From: the human T2T-CHM13v2.0 reference genome, Homo sapiens
DNA: 64,000 nt
Reading direction: 5' to 3' (one strand)
Assembly (NCBI RefSeq): GCF_009914755.1
Contig: NC_060937.1
Made by a program: the position numbers and the translations under genes. Position 1 is the first letter of the stretch, and every line of letters begins with the position of its first letter. A model generated the notes under the pieces. That model had not been told where the DNA came from and ran no database searches. It saw only the letters and a list, made by a program, of their open reading frames with translations. This document shows positions 63,449 to 64,000 of this stretch, piece after piece.

Positions 63449-63480
<32 letters not shown>
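63161..63480 (+). mobile_element. AluS with (GAAA)n tail, inside an old L1M fragment
   Basis: Alu dimer; TSD gataatgta. Confidence 0.93.
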
Positions 63481-63482
<2 letters not shown>

Positions 63483-64000
63483 ATGTACTTATTACTGGGT
63501 AACCTGCTTTTTAAAAACCAGTATATCATAAACTTTCCTCCAATCCACTAAATATTATTCTACATAATATTAATGGCTGCATTAAATTATGTTTTAATAA
63601 ACATTTTACATTAACAAAGGAAAACAAAGTGCACTAGCACTTTCTTGTTTAAATCATTGCTTGGGAGAGCACTTTCTAGGTAATTCATGATTTATAGCAC
63701 AAGGCATGCAATAAATTTAGCGGTCATAATGATTCATCAAATTATTTTATGATAGTGACTTCCTACAGAGAAAGGAGCTGCAATAATTGAACTTGAAATC
63801 AAGTACCTAAGATTTGCAGAAAGTTTAAAATAAGTCCATGTACCATATAACTTTCTTAATATTTGCATCTGTAAAATCAATGTAGTACTGAGAGATGAAA
63901 GAGATCTCAAGAGAGGACCTAGTTCACCCATTTCACCATAATCTGTTTAATTTGCATATCTTAATTTGAAACATCACTATACAGAAATCTTCACAGATTT

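Overview
Human non-coding, repeat-rich DNA; no host protein-coding exon, RNA gene or CRISPR array is recognisable. Human origin is inferred from an L1 carrying the human-specific pre-Ta 3'UTR diagnostics. The dominant structure is a 12.2-kb nested LINE-1 on the minus strand (40560-52800). A full-length L1HS pre-Ta (intact ORF1; ORF2 one nucleotide short of intact) sits inside the 5'UTR/ORF0 of an older full-length L1PA4-like element, and both TSDs are visible. The nesting gives tandem sense promoters, an antisense promoter/ORF0 pointing into the young L1, and complementary ORF2 lesions. Outside the L1s there are several local copy events: a 262-bp ~98% inverted repeat around an 861-bp spacer (candidate recurrent inversion), a 140-bp dispersed direct duplication, an Alu that appears to have captured ~460 bp of foreign sequence, a tiny twin-primed L1, a tail-to-tail AluY pair ~50 bp apart, and a 51-bp VNTR derived from an ERVL LTR. 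Repeat family names are from recollection of consensus sequences, not from a RepeatMasker run. I found no evidence of a wholly new biological system; the L1-in-L1 architecture is the best candidate for something locus-specific and undescribed.
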